DNA of 64,000 nucleotides from Blastochloris viridis (GCA_005768725.1 VAFM01000002.1:276486-340485), one strand, 5' to 3'; shown: positions 28,014 to 37,263, counted from the stretch's first letter. A program made the numbers and translations. The notes: generated by a model not told the origin, from the sequence alone.

Positions 28014-29021
28014 TTGCCAAAATGCCCGATCAGCGGTATTTCAATACCCATGCAAAACCAAGCCCTCGCCGCTGCGCTGGAAACCCTCCGCGCTGAAACC
28101 GCCGCTCTTCAGAACCTCACCAAGGCTCTGGAGGCCGACCCCGCACTGCCCGCCGCACTCAGCCTGCTGCAGGCGGTAACCCTGAATGGCGGCGGACGGG
28201 TCATCGTCACCGGCGTAGGCAAATCCGGTCACATCGGCGGCAAGATCGCCGCTACCTTGGCCAGCACCGGTACCCCGGCCTTCTTTGTACACCCCACCGA
28301 AGCCCTGCACGGCGACCTCGGCATGATTACCAAGTCCGATGTCATCATCGCCCTTTCCCACAGCGGCGAAAGCAAAGAGCTGGCCGCGGTTGTCACCTAC
28401 GCCACACGCTTCTCCATCCCGCTTATCGCCGTCACCGGTAAACCCGCCAGCACGCTGGCCAAAGCCGCCAAGGTCACCCTCAATACCCGTGTCGAGAAAG
28501 AAGCCTGCCCGCTGAATCTCGCCCCCACCACCAGCACCACAGTGGCGCTGGCGCTGTGCGACGCACTGGCTGTCGCGCTGATGACCGCGCGCGGCTTCAG
28601 CAAAGAAGACTTTGCGGTCTTCCACCCCGGCGGCAAACTCGGCGCCCAGCTGCTGCGGGTGAAGGAGATCATGGTGGACGAGAACCTGCCGCTGCATTCC
28701 GAAAACGCCCCGATGGCCGACGTTCTGGTCACCCTCACCGCCAGCAACCTCGGCTGCGTCGGCCTCACCGATGCCAAGGGCAACCTCACCGGTATCTTTA
28801 CCGATGGCGACCTCAAGCGCCGCCTGACGCCAGACCTCCTCTCCCGCACGGTGGCCGACGTCATGACCCGCACACCCAAAACCATCACGCCAGACGCCCT
28901 CGCCACCGCCGCCGTGGCGCATATGGAACAAACCAACGTCACAACCCTTTGGGTTACAGACAAAAACAAACCCGTCGGCCTGCTGCGCATTCAGGAATGC
29001 CTGCACGCCAACGTCATCTAA
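28014..29021 (+). CDS. kdsD: Arabinose-5-phosphate isomerase (KdsD/KpsF family; SIS + tandem CBS)
   Basis: GRVIVTGVGKSGHIG SIS motif, C-terminal CBS pair; followed by lptC-lptA-lptB. Confidence 0.88.
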   Translation: MPKCPISGISIPMQNQALAAALETLRAETAALQNLTKALEADPALPAALSLLQAVTLNGGGRVIVTGVGKSGHIGGKIAATLASTGTPAFFVHPTEALHGDLGMITKSDVIIALSHSGESKELAAVVTYATRFSIPLIAVTGKPASTLAKAAKVTLNTRVEKEACPLNLAPTTSTTVALALCDALAVALMTARGFSKEDFAVFHPGGKLGAQLLRVKEIMVDENLPLHSENAPMADVLVTLTASNLGCVGLTDAKGNLTGIFTDGDLKRRLTPDLLSRTVADVMTRTPKTITPDALATAAVAHMEQTNVTTLWVTDKNKPVGLLRIQECLHANVI

Positions 29022-29046
29022 ACCTGTACTGGAAAGCCCGTCTCGC

Positions 29047-29697
29047 ATGCTTCAGCGTCGTCGCGTCATTATCCTCCTGCTGCTGGCCGCTGTGGGTATT
29101 CTGGGGGTTATTCTGTTCCTCAACGTGCGTCCCAGCACCATGTTCAGTCTGGCCGCACCTATTGCCAAACCGCTCACATCATCCTCCCTGCCGCAAGGTG
29201 TCTCCACCACGCTGGATGGCCCGCTCACCCAAGTCTCCGGCACCACATTGCTGGAAAAACCGCGCTATACCGGCCAGGACGCCCTGGGCCGCAACTGGAC
29301 CGTCCAGGCCGAAAACGCCCTGCAGGGCGGTACAGCCTCCAGCGGCACCTACATCCTCCAACAGGTTACCGCCGAATGGTCCGATCCCAAGCAACAGACA
29401 CCACTCACCATCCGCGCCGAAGAAGGCGACTACAGCCAGACCTCGTCCTCCATTCAGTTGACCGGCAACGTCCAGGCCACCGGCATGGGCCTCAACCTCA
29501 CCGCCCCGCAAATGAATGCCGACCTCGCCAGTCGCCGTATCACCGCCAGCGGCGGCAGCCATGTCACCGGCACGGTGGGCAAAGAAAAAGGCGGCTGGAA
29601 CATCGACCTCAAAGCACCCAATCTCTCCGCCGACCCTTCCAGCAGCATCCTGCTGTTCACCGGCGGCGTTCGTGCTAAACTGACCCCCATCAAATAA
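29047..29697 (+). CDS. lptC: LPS export protein LptC-like (N-terminal TM anchor, periplasmic beta-jellyroll)
   Basis: Position between kdsD and lptA; TM anchor LLLLAAVGILGVILFL. Confidence 0.6.
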   Translation: MLQRRRVIILLLLAAVGILGVILFLNVRPSTMFSLAAPIAKPLTSSSLPQGVSTTLDGPLTQVSGTTLLEKPRYTGQDALGRNWTVQAENALQGGTASSGTYILQQVTAEWSDPKQQTPLTIRAEEGDYSQTSSSIQLTGNVQATGMGLNLTAPQMNADLASRRITASGGSHVTGTVGKEKGGWNIDLKAPNLSADPSSSILLFTGGVRAKLTPIK

Positions 29698-29711
29698 TCA
29701 CAGGCATAGCC

Positions 29712-30203
29712 ATGAACACCCGTCTCTCCTCAAGCGTCCTTACTCTCGCCCTGGCCACCCTCACGCTGGCCCCGGCCTACGCCGCCACCCAGGGTCCTAT
29801 CGACATCACCGCCCAGAAGCTGGAAGTCAACCAGTCCTCCAGCAAGGCCGTCTTCAGCGGCAACGTCGTGGTCACGCAGCAGGGTCTCACCCTTACCGCC
29901 CCGACTGTCACCGCCGATTACACCAGCAAAGCGGGTAACAGCGGCATTCAAACCGTCACCGCCTCGGGCGGCGTGGTCATTACCCGCAACGGCACCGGCG
30001 GCGTAACCGAAAAAGCCACCGGCTCCACCGCGGTGTACAACCCCGATGCCGGCAACCTCACGCTCACCGGCGCGGTCACGCTGGTGCGCGGCCCAAGCGA
30101 ACTGTCCGGCGACAAACTGGTCTATAACCTCACCACCGGTAATGCCGTGGTGACCAACAGCGCTGGCCCGGTTAAAGCCCGCTTCGTGCCCGGCGGCAAG
30201 TAG
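29712..30203 (+). CDS. lptA: LPS transport periplasmic protein LptA (OstA-N domain)
   Basis: Signal peptide, OstA-like repeats, 163 aa, immediately upstream of lptB. Confidence 0.7.
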   Translation: MNTRLSSSVLTLALATLTLAPAYAATQGPIDITAQKLEVNQSSSKAVFSGNVVVTQQGLTLTAPTVTADYTSKAGNSGIQTVTASGGVVITRNGTGGVTEKATGSTAVYNPDAGNLTLTGAVTLVRGPSELSGDKLVYNLTTGNAVVTNSAGPVKARFVPGGK

Positions 30204-30237
30204 CCATCGCGCTTCATGTGTGCTACAAACGCCGCCA

Positions 30238-30993
30238 ATGACCACTGCCTCTACCCCTCCCGCCAAAGGCCTGTATGTCGAAGGCCTGCAGAAACGCGTT
30301 GGCGCCCGCCAGATTCTGCGCAATGTCTCTCTCTCCGTCCAGCGCGGCCAGGTCGTGGCCCTGCTGGGGCCCAACGGCGCCGGTAAAACCAGCAGCTTCC
30401 AGGCCGTTATCGGCCTGACCCATGTCGATAGCGGCGTGATCACGCTGGACGGCGCCGATCTTACCCACCTGCCCATGTACCGCCGTGCCCGTCTGGGCCT
30501 CGGCTATTTGCCACAGGAGAGCAGCATTTTCCGCGGCCTGTCGGTAGAAAAGAACCTGCTCGCGGTGCTCGAAATGGTCTGCCGCACCCACGCCGAGCAA
30601 ACCACGCGCCTTGAAGAACTGCTCAACGAATTCGGCCTGACCAAGGTCCGCCACAGCCCGGCCCCTGCCCTTTCGGGTGGTGAACGCCGCCGTGTCGAGA
30701 TCGCACGCGCACTGGCCGCCAATCCGCAATTCATGATGCTCGACGAACCCTTTGCCGGGGTCGACCCTCTCGCCATCCGCGACGTGAAGAACTTGGTGCT
30801 GCACCTCAAAACGCGCGGCATGGGCGTCCTGATTACCGACCACAACGTCCGGGATACGTTAAGCCTTGTCGACCACGCCTACATCATGGCCGAAGGTCAG
30901 GTCCTAGCCTCCGGTACGCCGGCGCAGATCGTCGCCAACCCGGACGTTCGCCGCGTCTATCTGGGCGACGACTTCGAACTCGCCAAATCCTAA
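30238..30993 (+). CDS. lptB: LPS export ABC transporter ATP-binding protein LptB
   Basis: Walker A GPNGAGKTS, signature LSGGERRRVEIARAL, Walker B MLDEPFAGVD; start at MTTAS (track start 30220 also possible). Confidence 0.88.
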   Translation: MTTASTPPAKGLYVEGLQKRVGARQILRNVSLSVQRGQVVALLGPNGAGKTSSFQAVIGLTHVDSGVITLDGADLTHLPMYRRARLGLGYLPQESSIFRGLSVEKNLLAVLEMVCRTHAEQTTRLEELLNEFGLTKVRHSPAPALSGGERRRVEIARALAANPQFMMLDEPFAGVDPLAIRDVKNLVLHLKTRGMGVLITDHNVRDTLSLVDHAYIMAEGQVLASGTPAQIVANPDVRRVYLGDDFELAKS

Positions 30994-31157
30994 CCGATTG
31001 TCCGACAATCCGTCGCGCCAAAAGGCGCTTATCCGCCATTGTCTTTACGGAAAACGGAAACGACCGCCCTACCCCCTTGCCTTCTTATTCTGAAAGGTTC
31101 ATGTAAGAAACGTCTCCCGGAGACATCACATCATTTACATATGCGGAGGGGAAACTC

Positions 31158-31400
31158 ATGATGCGTTTAGTTGAAACGCCGCTCATCGGCGCCATTATCT
31201 GCCTGATTCCCGTGTACCTTGCGTTGACCTACCTTCACATACCCGCTGAAACATTCAAACCGTTCCTGATGCTCTGCTTCCTGGGATACATGTTCCTGGC
31301 TGCGGCCTGCGCCACCATTACCGCCTTCCACGGCACCGCTATATTTGTAGTCGCGGCACTTATGCTTCTGGGTCTGGCACATGTAACGCCAATCCTCTGA
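31158..31400 (+). CDS. Small membrane protein (80 aa, 2-3 TM), hypothetical
   Basis: Hydrophobic ORF with GGAGGGGAAA RBS; shares a bidirectional terminator with accD. Confidence 0.4.
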   Translation: MMRLVETPLIGAIICLIPVYLALTYLHIPAETFKPFLMLCFLGYMFLAAACATITAFHGTAIFVVAALMLLGLAHVTPIL

Positions 31401-31418
31401 ATACCTTACTTCGTCCGT

Positions 31419-31451
31419 AAAAAACGCCGCCCTTGTCCAGAGCGGCGTTTT
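31419..31451. terminator. Bidirectional terminator (serves accD on minus strand)
   Basis: A6-cgccgc..gcggcg-T4. Confidence 0.55.
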
Positions 31452-31469
31452 GTTATGTCGCGTAAACTC

Positions 31470-32333
31470 TTAAGCCTTGCGACCGGCCGTCATCATGCCG
31501 AGCAGCTTGGCCAACGTGGCACGCTGCTCGCTGCGCGGCGTCACCATATCCACCATCCCGTGCTCCAGCAGATATTCGGCACGCTGGAAGCCTTCCGGCA
31601 ACGTCTGGCGGATGGTCTGCTCGATCACCCGCGCCCCGGCAAACCCGATCAGAGCCCCGGGCTCCGCCATATGCACGTCACCGGTCATCGCGAAACTCGC
31701 ACTCACACCACCGGTGGTCGGGTCGGTCAGTAACACAAGATACGGCAAACCAGCCTCTTTCAGCATCGCAATTGCGGCCGTGCTGCGTGCCATCTGCATC
31801 AGGCTCAGGGTGCTTTCCTGCATGCGGGCACCACCACTCGCGGTGATAACCATCATCGGGATCTTCTTTTCCAGCGCATACTGGGCGGTCGCCACCAAAG
31901 CTTCCCCCACACCACGGCTCATAGAGCCTGCCATGAAGCCGAAGTCCAGCGCGCACACCGCTACCGGCTGGCTCTCAATATGGCCATGCAGCGCACGGAA
32001 AGCATCGCTGTGACCACTGGCGGCGCGGGCGTCTTTCAGACGCGCCTTGTAGGCTTTCTTGTCCTTGAAATTTAGGGGGTCGTCGGCTGGCACCGGCACG
32101 GCAATCTCCACCGGAGCCTTGCCTTCGTCCTGATCCAGCAGATACTCCAGACGCGCATCGATATCCCAGCGCAAATGGTGGTTACAATGCGTGCAGCAGA
32201 ACAGGTTCTGCGGCAGTTCGGCGGCGTAAATCAGTTGGCCACAGCCGGGGCACTTTTCCCACACATCGGCGGCAACCTCGCGCTTTTTGGTGGTTTTGAT
32301 GCTCGGACGGATCAGATCGGTAAGGAACGACAT
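31470..32333 (-). CDS. accD: Acetyl-CoA carboxylase carboxyltransferase subunit beta
   Basis: N-terminal Zn ribbon CPGCGQ..CTHCNHH, carboxyltransferase domain; start at MSFLTD Met. Confidence 0.9.
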   Translation of the reverse strand: MSFLTDLIRPSIKTTKKREVAADVWEKCPGCGQLIYAAELPQNLFCCTHCNHHLRWDIDARLEYLLDQDEGKAPVEIAVPVPADDPLNFKDKKAYKARLKDARAASGHSDAFRALHGHIESQPVAVCALDFGFMAGSMSRGVGEALVATAQYALEKKIPMMVITASGGARMQESTLSLMQMARSTAAIAMLKEAGLPYLVLLTDPTTGGVSASFAMTGDVHMAEPGALIGFAGARVIEQTIRQTLPEGFQRAEYLLEHGMVDMVTPRSEQRATLAKLLGMMTAGRKA

Positions 32334-32431
32334 GCCCCCTCTATACCGCAAAATCCCCTTGCACGCACGTTTTTTAGAGTATACAGACCACCCATCCACG
32401 AGGAACATACCGCACATACGGAGCAAGACGC

Positions 32432-32992
32432 ATGTCATCCGATGCCTACTACATTTCCAAAGCCTTTCACGTCATTACCGAACGTATAGCCCGCAAAGGC
32501 GCAACCGAAAAGCTGCCCAACTGGCACCGCGCCAAACCGATCCTTCTCGGCCAGACATGCCTCCCGCCTGATCGCGAGGATCTGGCCCAGGTGCTCTATA
32601 ACCTGTGGGAGAAAAGCCTGACCTACTACCAGCAGGCCGACCTGTTTCTGCCACGGCCGGATATCCTGCACCCAGGCTCGCACGACAATCCGGACATGCT
32701 CTGCATAACCGAGCATCAGGCCACAACCTACAAGCTGCGTATCCTGACCGAAAAACAACATCAACGGCCCGGCACATGGCAGGCGTTCGACCTCTACGCC
32801 AGAACCCCGCCAAAACAGCGGCCCAGGCTCAAACAGGGTTATGGCGAAGTTCCGGTCCGGCTTCTGCAAACCATGCCGAACGTGCATATGGCTCGTGCCA
32901 TCACGCTGGCGGTGGTCATCACCGCCAACCGTCACTTGCACGGCATCTACCCCCGCACGCTGATCGCTCTGGAGCGCGAAGCCGTCTGCTAA
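32432..32992 (+). CDS. Hypothetical protein (186 aa)
   Basis: Plus-strand frame chosen over the mirror minus ORF because of upstream GGAG and the strong plus-strand terminator at 33004-33043. Confidence 0.4.
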   Translation: MSSDAYYISKAFHVITERIARKGATEKLPNWHRAKPILLGQTCLPPDREDLAQVLYNLWEKSLTYYQQADLFLPRPDILHPGSHDNPDMLCITEHQATTYKLRILTEKQHQRPGTWQAFDLYARTPPKQRPRLKQGYGEVPVRLLQTMPNVHMARAITLAVVITANRHLHGIYPRTLIALEREAVC

Positions 32993-33003
32993 AACCACCT
33001 ATA

Positions 33004-33043
33004 GGAGCCTCTCTGACATCCTGCAGAGAGGCTCTCTTTTTTT
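33004..33043 (+). terminator. Rho-independent terminator
   Basis: gagcctctctg-acatcct-gcagagaggctc then T7. Confidence 0.7.
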
Positions 33044-33128
33044 ACATATTTACAACATGTAACACCCGTTATTTGGCCTATCTGGCACGTGTCAAATGCA
33101 CGCCTCCTGAATGATGCTATAAGAGGGT

Positions 33129-33656
33129 ATGAAAAACATTGTCATCACTCTCGCTTTCGTCCTGTCATTGTTCATAAGTCCGGTTAATTACGCCCAAGAG
33201 CGCACCGCAAGTGGCAATCTCATGCAGGAAGCCAACTGGAATTCACTGAAAAGCCTGGTCGATGCCGCCAGTAAAAAAGTCGACATGATGCAGGCCCAGA
33301 TCGACAAGATTGCAGAATGTGGTACCGCAGGTATGGTGTATGCTCCCGGCGAGACCAGCACCAGTATCAATGGCTGTAAAAAAACCAATGCAACACTCGC
33401 ACCATTTGTCGTGACCGCTGCCGGGAGTAACGAGCAAGCTATCGCGCAGTGCCCCTCCACTGCCGTCCGTATCGGCTGTGCCGGTGCCCGGGATGTCAAC
33501 CTCAGCGATGGCTGCCGCGAAGAATCCTGCGGCGTGATGGGAGCCATTCCTTACGGTGCCAACGGCTGCCTGATGCGCAATACTAACGACGGCGGCCGCA
33601 AAGCCAACGAACGCGCTCTTACTCCTGTTGCCTACGCTTTCTGCACCCCCAAATAA
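33129..33656 (+). CDS. Secreted Cys-rich protein, paralog C of the QERTAGG family
   Basis: Signal peptide ..VNYA|QE; conserved N-terminal module, divergent Cys-rich C-terminus; AAGAGGG RBS. Confidence 0.6.
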   Translation: MKNIVITLAFVLSLFISPVNYAQERTASGNLMQEANWNSLKSLVDAASKKVDMMQAQIDKIAECGTAGMVYAPGETSTSINGCKKTNATLAPFVVTAAGSNEQAIAQCPSTAVRIGCAGARDVNLSDGCREESCGVMGAIPYGANGCLMRNTNDGGRKANERALTPVAYAFCTPK

Positions 33657-33673
33657 GCCGAGCAAAATCACCT

Positions 33674-33701
33674 AAAACCCCTGTTTAAGCAGGGGTTTTT
33701 G
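33674..33701 (+). terminator. Rho-independent terminator
   Basis: aaaacccctg-tttaag-caggggttttt. Confidence 0.7.
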
Positions 33702-33763
33702 ATTGTCGATAGCGAATGAAAGATATACATACACATATCTACATCCGTACACGGAGTATTATC

Positions 33764-34312
33764 ATGACGTTTGCGCGCCTTATCGCAAGGCACGAACATC
33801 AAACCGCATCGCGCCCAAAACCACCCCAAACCCACGAATACTTTGGACTCGCCGTCCATCATGTTCTCTTCTATTTAAACTACAAGGGAGACCCCCTGCA
33901 ACTTTCACGAAAGGATATTCAGGCCGAACTGACGAATACGCTGAACATCAAGTACGAAAAACGTCTCGCAAATAGCCAGCTAACCCGGCGTATCACATTA
34001 ACGTGGCACGCCATTACGCAGTACGTTTATGAGAACTCAACCTACTTCACGACCGAGGTCGGGTTTCTGGGTAATCGCAAGATAGACTTGATACTGGAAC
34101 ACCCGGACGGCACGATCGAGCTGGTCGAAATTAAGACCTATAAAAAGAAAACCAAGACCTACTGCAAAAGGACTGCCACGAAACAACTGGCGGATGCCCG
34201 CAAGTTTATTTTGGAACATTATCCGGACACCAAGCTGAAATGGACAAAGATTCTGATCCAGAATGATCTCAGTAAACCCTTCAAGTGCCAGATTCTACGC
34301 GCCCCCTCGTGA
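33764..34312 (+). CDS. PD-(D/E)xK nuclease-fold protein (YraN/Hjc-like core GNRKIDLILEHPDGTIELVEIKT), low-GC ORFan
   Basis: E..D..ExK catalytic-motif arrangement; local GC about 47% versus about 60% background; flanked by terminators (start could be 33716). Confidence 0.5.
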   Translation: MTFARLIARHEHQTASRPKPPQTHEYFGLAVHHVLFYLNYKGDPLQLSRKDIQAELTNTLNIKYEKRLANSQLTRRITLTWHAITQYVYENSTYFTTEVGFLGNRKIDLILEHPDGTIELVEIKTYKKKTKTYCKRTATKQLADARKFILEHYPDTKLKWTKILIQNDLSKPFKCQILRAPS

Positions 34313-34314
34313 AA

Positions 34315-34343
34315 GAGCCTCCCCGCAAAGGAGGCTCTTTTTT
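34315..34343 (+). terminator. Rho-independent terminator
   Basis: agagcctcc-ccgcaaa-ggaggctct then T6. Confidence 0.7.
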
Positions 34344-34409
34344 CGCAGATACCTTGTCTTAACGCCCCCTTTTCGCTAGATTCCACCCCGTAAAAGGAAA
34401 GGAATCCCT

Positions 34410-34934
34410 ATGTCCCTCAAAGACCTGCCCGCTGGCAAAGAACCCCCGCACGATATCTACGTGGTGGTGGAAAACCCCAAGCACACCCCGCACATCAAGT
34501 ACGAGGTCGATAAGGATACCGGCTTGCTGTTCGTCGACCGCTTTGCGCCGATGCCGATGGTCTTCCCGGCCCACTACGGCTTCATCAATAACACGCTGGG
34601 TGGCGATGGCGACCCGGTCGACGCGTTTGTCTACACCGACATCGCCGTGGTTCCGGGTGCGGTTGTCCGCTGCCGTCCGGTAGGCGTGCTGATGACCACC
34701 GACGAGAGCGGCGAAGACGCCAAACTGGTCTGCGTGCCGCACAAGAAGCTCGACCCGCGCTTTGAAAACATCAAGGACTACACCGACCTGCCGCAGATGT
34801 TCCGCGACCAGCTCGAGCAGTTCTACAGCCACTATAAGAACCTCGAACCCGGCAAGTGGGTCAAGATCGCCGGCTGGGGCGATGTCAAGGCCGCCGAAGC
34901 CATTGTGCTCAAGGGCATCACCGACGCCAAGTAA
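34410..34934 (+). CDS. ppa: Inorganic pyrophosphatase (family I)
   Basis: 174 aa, PPase signature DGDPVDAFV, conserved throughout. Confidence 0.92.
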   Translation: MSLKDLPAGKEPPHDIYVVVENPKHTPHIKYEVDKDTGLLFVDRFAPMPMVFPAHYGFINNTLGGDGDPVDAFVYTDIAVVPGAVVRCRPVGVLMTTDESGEDAKLVCVPHKKLDPRFENIKDYTDLPQMFRDQLEQFYSHYKNLEPGKWVKIAGWGDVKAAEAIVLKGITDAK

Positions 34935-34951
34935 CAGGCACATACCTGCAC

Positions 34952-34975
34952 AAAAGGGCCCATAGGGCCCTTTTT
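34952..34975 (+). terminator. Rho-independent terminator after ppa
   Basis: aaaagggccc-ata-gggccctttt. Confidence 0.7.
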
Positions 34976-35020
34976 GCTATCCCTAAATCATTGTCCAGTC
35001 TATCAGGTTTGCTAAAGATA

Positions 35021-35416
35021 TTAAGCGTGAGTTGCTTTGGCTTTGATCCACATCAGATGCTCCGTCAGATTAGTTTTCACCTGTTCCAGCGTCTGAATTC
35101 GCTGATGCAAAGACTCGGCAAATTGCATACACTCCTCAAGACCACGCAGACATTCCGCCTCTTCAGTAGAGTTACCATTTGCCCTAGCCTCATCTAACCA
35201 TTGAGACCACTGACGAACACGTTCCTCCGTCTCAACAAGCATGGGTCGTAATGCAAGAAGTTGATTCTCAGCCTCAGCTAAAACCTCTCTCCCCTCGGCA
35301 GCGACGAATTGCGCCTTCAGAATAAGGCGCTCATATTCTTCATCGTCGGTTTCGATATCGTAGAAGTTTTCTAACATGATCCATTGAGTCTGAACCAGAC
35401 TGAGCTGACAAGACAT
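35021..35416 (-). CDS. Acidic coiled-coil hypothetical protein (131 aa), low-GC ORFan
   Basis: GGAGTGAAGAA RBS before ATG; local GC about 46%; no recognisable domain. Confidence 0.45.
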   Translation of the reverse strand: MSCQLSLVQTQWIMLENFYDIETDDEEYERLILKAQFVAAEGREVLAEAENQLLALRPMLVETEERVRQWSQWLDEARANGNSTEEAECLRGLEECMQFAESLHQRIQTLEQVKTNLTEHLMWIKAKATHA

Positions 35417-35428
35417 TTCTTCACTCCA

Positions 35429-35453
35429 ATAAAAAGCCCCGTAACGGGGCTTT
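35429..35453 (-). terminator. Rho-independent terminator after rsmH
   Basis: On minus strand: agccccg-tta-cggggct followed by TTTTT. Confidence 0.6.
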
Positions 35454-35461
35454 CTTCACTC

Positions 35462-36457
35462 TTATCCAACCCGTTCCAGCGTCCGCAAAATCGCACTCCG
35501 CGCACGCGGGTTTACGTCAATCTCCGCATCACTCGGCACGATCTTCTTCCCCATCTTGAACTTGGCCGGGGTCTTGACGCGACCGATCTCATCCAGCTCA
35601 TCCAGACACAACCGGCGGAACGCCGCCTTCACCGCACGCTCTTCCAGCGGCTGGAACGAAATCACCGCCAGCACGCCACCCTTTTTCAAACACCACGCCG
35701 CATCCGGCAGCGCGCGCTCCAGCACGGCCAGTTCATCATTCACGGCCACACGCAGGGCCTGAAAAATACGCGCCGCCGGGTGGGCACGCTTCAGGCCTAA
35801 CTTAGGCGGATACACCTGCTCCACCGCCGCCAATAAATCTTTGGTGGTCTCAAACGGCTGAGCCTTGCGCTGCTTGACGATCAGACGCGCCAGCACACGG
35901 CTCTTCGGCTCTTCACCGTACACATAAAAGATATCGGCCAATTCTTCCTCGCGGGAGGTGTTCAGCACGTCCGCAGCGGTCTTTTTCATGCTGCTGTTGA
36001 GGCGCATATCCAGCGGCCCCTCAAAATGATAACTCAAGCCGCGCTGAGGGTCGTCCAGTTGGTCGCTACTGAACCCAAGGTCGAGCAGAATCCCATCGGC
36101 CAGCGGGGGTAACGCGCCCACTTTGCGCTTGCCGCAGGTCACGCTGTTTTGCAGTACCGGTCCGGCCAATACTTCGGGAATGGTATCGTAGGCGGCACGT
36201 ACCAGGTGCACACGGTCGCCAAAGGTTTCCACCAGCGGCGCACAGCGCACTAATGCACGGCTGTCCCAGTCCAGTCCCACCACTTCGGCCCCGCGCTCCA
36301 GCAGGCCACGGGTGTGCCCACCACCGCCCAAAGTACCATCCACCAGCAGTTTTCCGGCGGCAGGTTCAAGGGCATCCATCACTTCATGGAACAGCACAGG
36401 GACGTGCACCGTCTCGGCCGTACCGCGCGTTTCTAGCAAAGTGGAATCCCCATTCAT
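35462..36457 (-). CDS. rsmH: 16S rRNA (cytosine1402-N4)-methyltransferase RsmH (MraW)
   Basis: SAM-binding TLGGGGH motif, 331 aa, downstream of mraZ. Confidence 0.9.
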   Translation of the reverse strand: MNGDSTLLETRGTAETVHVPVLFHEVMDALEPAAGKLLVDGTLGGGGHTRGLLERGAEVVGLDWDSRALVRCAPLVETFGDRVHLVRAAYDTIPEVLAGPVLQNSVTCGKRKVGALPPLADGILLDLGFSSDQLDDPQRGLSYHFEGPLDMRLNSSMKKTAADVLNTSREEELADIFYVYGEEPKSRVLARLIVKQRKAQPFETTKDLLAAVEQVYPPKLGLKRAHPAARIFQALRVAVNDELAVLERALPDAAWCLKKGGVLAVISFQPLEERAVKAAFRRLCLDELDEIGRVKTPAKFKMGKKIVPSDAEIDVNPRARSAILRTLERVG

Positions 36458-36633
36458 GGCCGCCTTCTACCCCAAATCGCAGATTAACCCAAGCGAAAAA
36501 GCGGCGCGAAGCCGCATTATTTCTGAATTTTTTTCGTATTTTAGTAAACTACCAACCTAAAAAAACGAGCCTCCCCCGAAGCTCGTTTTCACAAAGATAA
36601 TTTTCCAGTCGAAGGAAAGTTCCCTCACCTTTT

Positions 36634-37110
36634 TTATTTCCAGAGTCCGTCCATAACGGCGAAGTCTTCCGCCGTTAATTGGCCGTCATCCTGCATCTGG
36701 GCTTCATAACGCTGCGGGTTCCAGATGGTGAAATATTCCCCCTGACCGGCGAACATGATCTCTTCGCCAAGGCCGGCTTTTTCCGCCAGGTCCGCTGGCA
36801 GCATCACGCGGCCGGCATCATCGAAGTTTAGTGGCCGAGCAGCTGCAAGAATGGCCCGCGCCAGTCGTTGGCGTACCGGGCTGAGTGCCGGAAGTTGCTG
36901 AATTTTTTCAGCCAGTTTGAGAAAGTCATCGTAAGCCCAGCCATATAAGTATCCTCCATTGCTTCCTGCATCCGGCGCCGCGTACACCACAACTTGCTGT
37001 CGGGTATGCGCGGCCATTTCATGACGGAACGACGCCGGCACCGAAACACGGCCCTTCTTGTCCACGTTATTCACGTAAGAGGACAAGAAGACGGTCATCG
37101 GGGCAGTCAT
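36634..37110 (-). CDS. mraZ: Transcriptional regulator MraZ
   Basis: Two MraZ repeats (DKKGRVSVP.., DDAGRVMLP..); start at MTAPMTVF (alternative 37098); track ORF extends to 37254. Confidence 0.85.
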   Translation of the reverse strand: MTAPMTVFLSSYVNNVDKKGRVSVPASFRHEMAAHTRQQVVVYAAPDAGSNGGYLYGWAYDDFLKLAEKIQQLPALSPVRQRLARAILAAARPLNFDDAGRVMLPADLAEKAGLGEEIMFAGQGEYFTIWNPQRYEAQMQDDGQLTAEDFAVMDGLWK

Positions 37111-37263
37111 CCTTCCGTTGTGGCGCCGCATCGTGCGTTGCCGGTTAATTTCGTGGCCGGGGTCGCCCAGTACTCGCGTACTCTCCGGCCTTGGTCCCTC
37201 GTAGGCGGTCCCCCATGAACCGCCCGCTCCCTTGGAACCTTTTGGATCACCCATGGTTGTATT

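Noticed and set aside
32435-32998. Minus-strand 187-aa ORF overlapping the plus-strand 32432-32992 ORF
   Set aside because: These are mutually exclusive mirror ORFs. The plus orientation was preferred because of an upstream GGAG and a strong plus-strand intrinsic terminator at 33004-33043. Neither has homology support, so confidence stays low
23010-35461. Classifying the 12.4 kb dcw-splitting segment as a mobile_element
   Set aside because: No integrase, transposase or recombinase gene and no obvious flanking direct repeats. Most of the content is native-GC housekeeping (lpt, accD, ppa). Reported as a rearrangement or insertion finding, not as a mobile-element feature
37111-37254. N-terminal extensions given by the ORF track for mraZ (37111-37254), cheY (56933-57034), the DJ-1 gene (23573-23932), accD, murG, murB and others
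   Set aside because: The extensions lack RBS and coding character, and the homologous families start at the internal Met sites, which usually have good Shine-Dalgarno sequences
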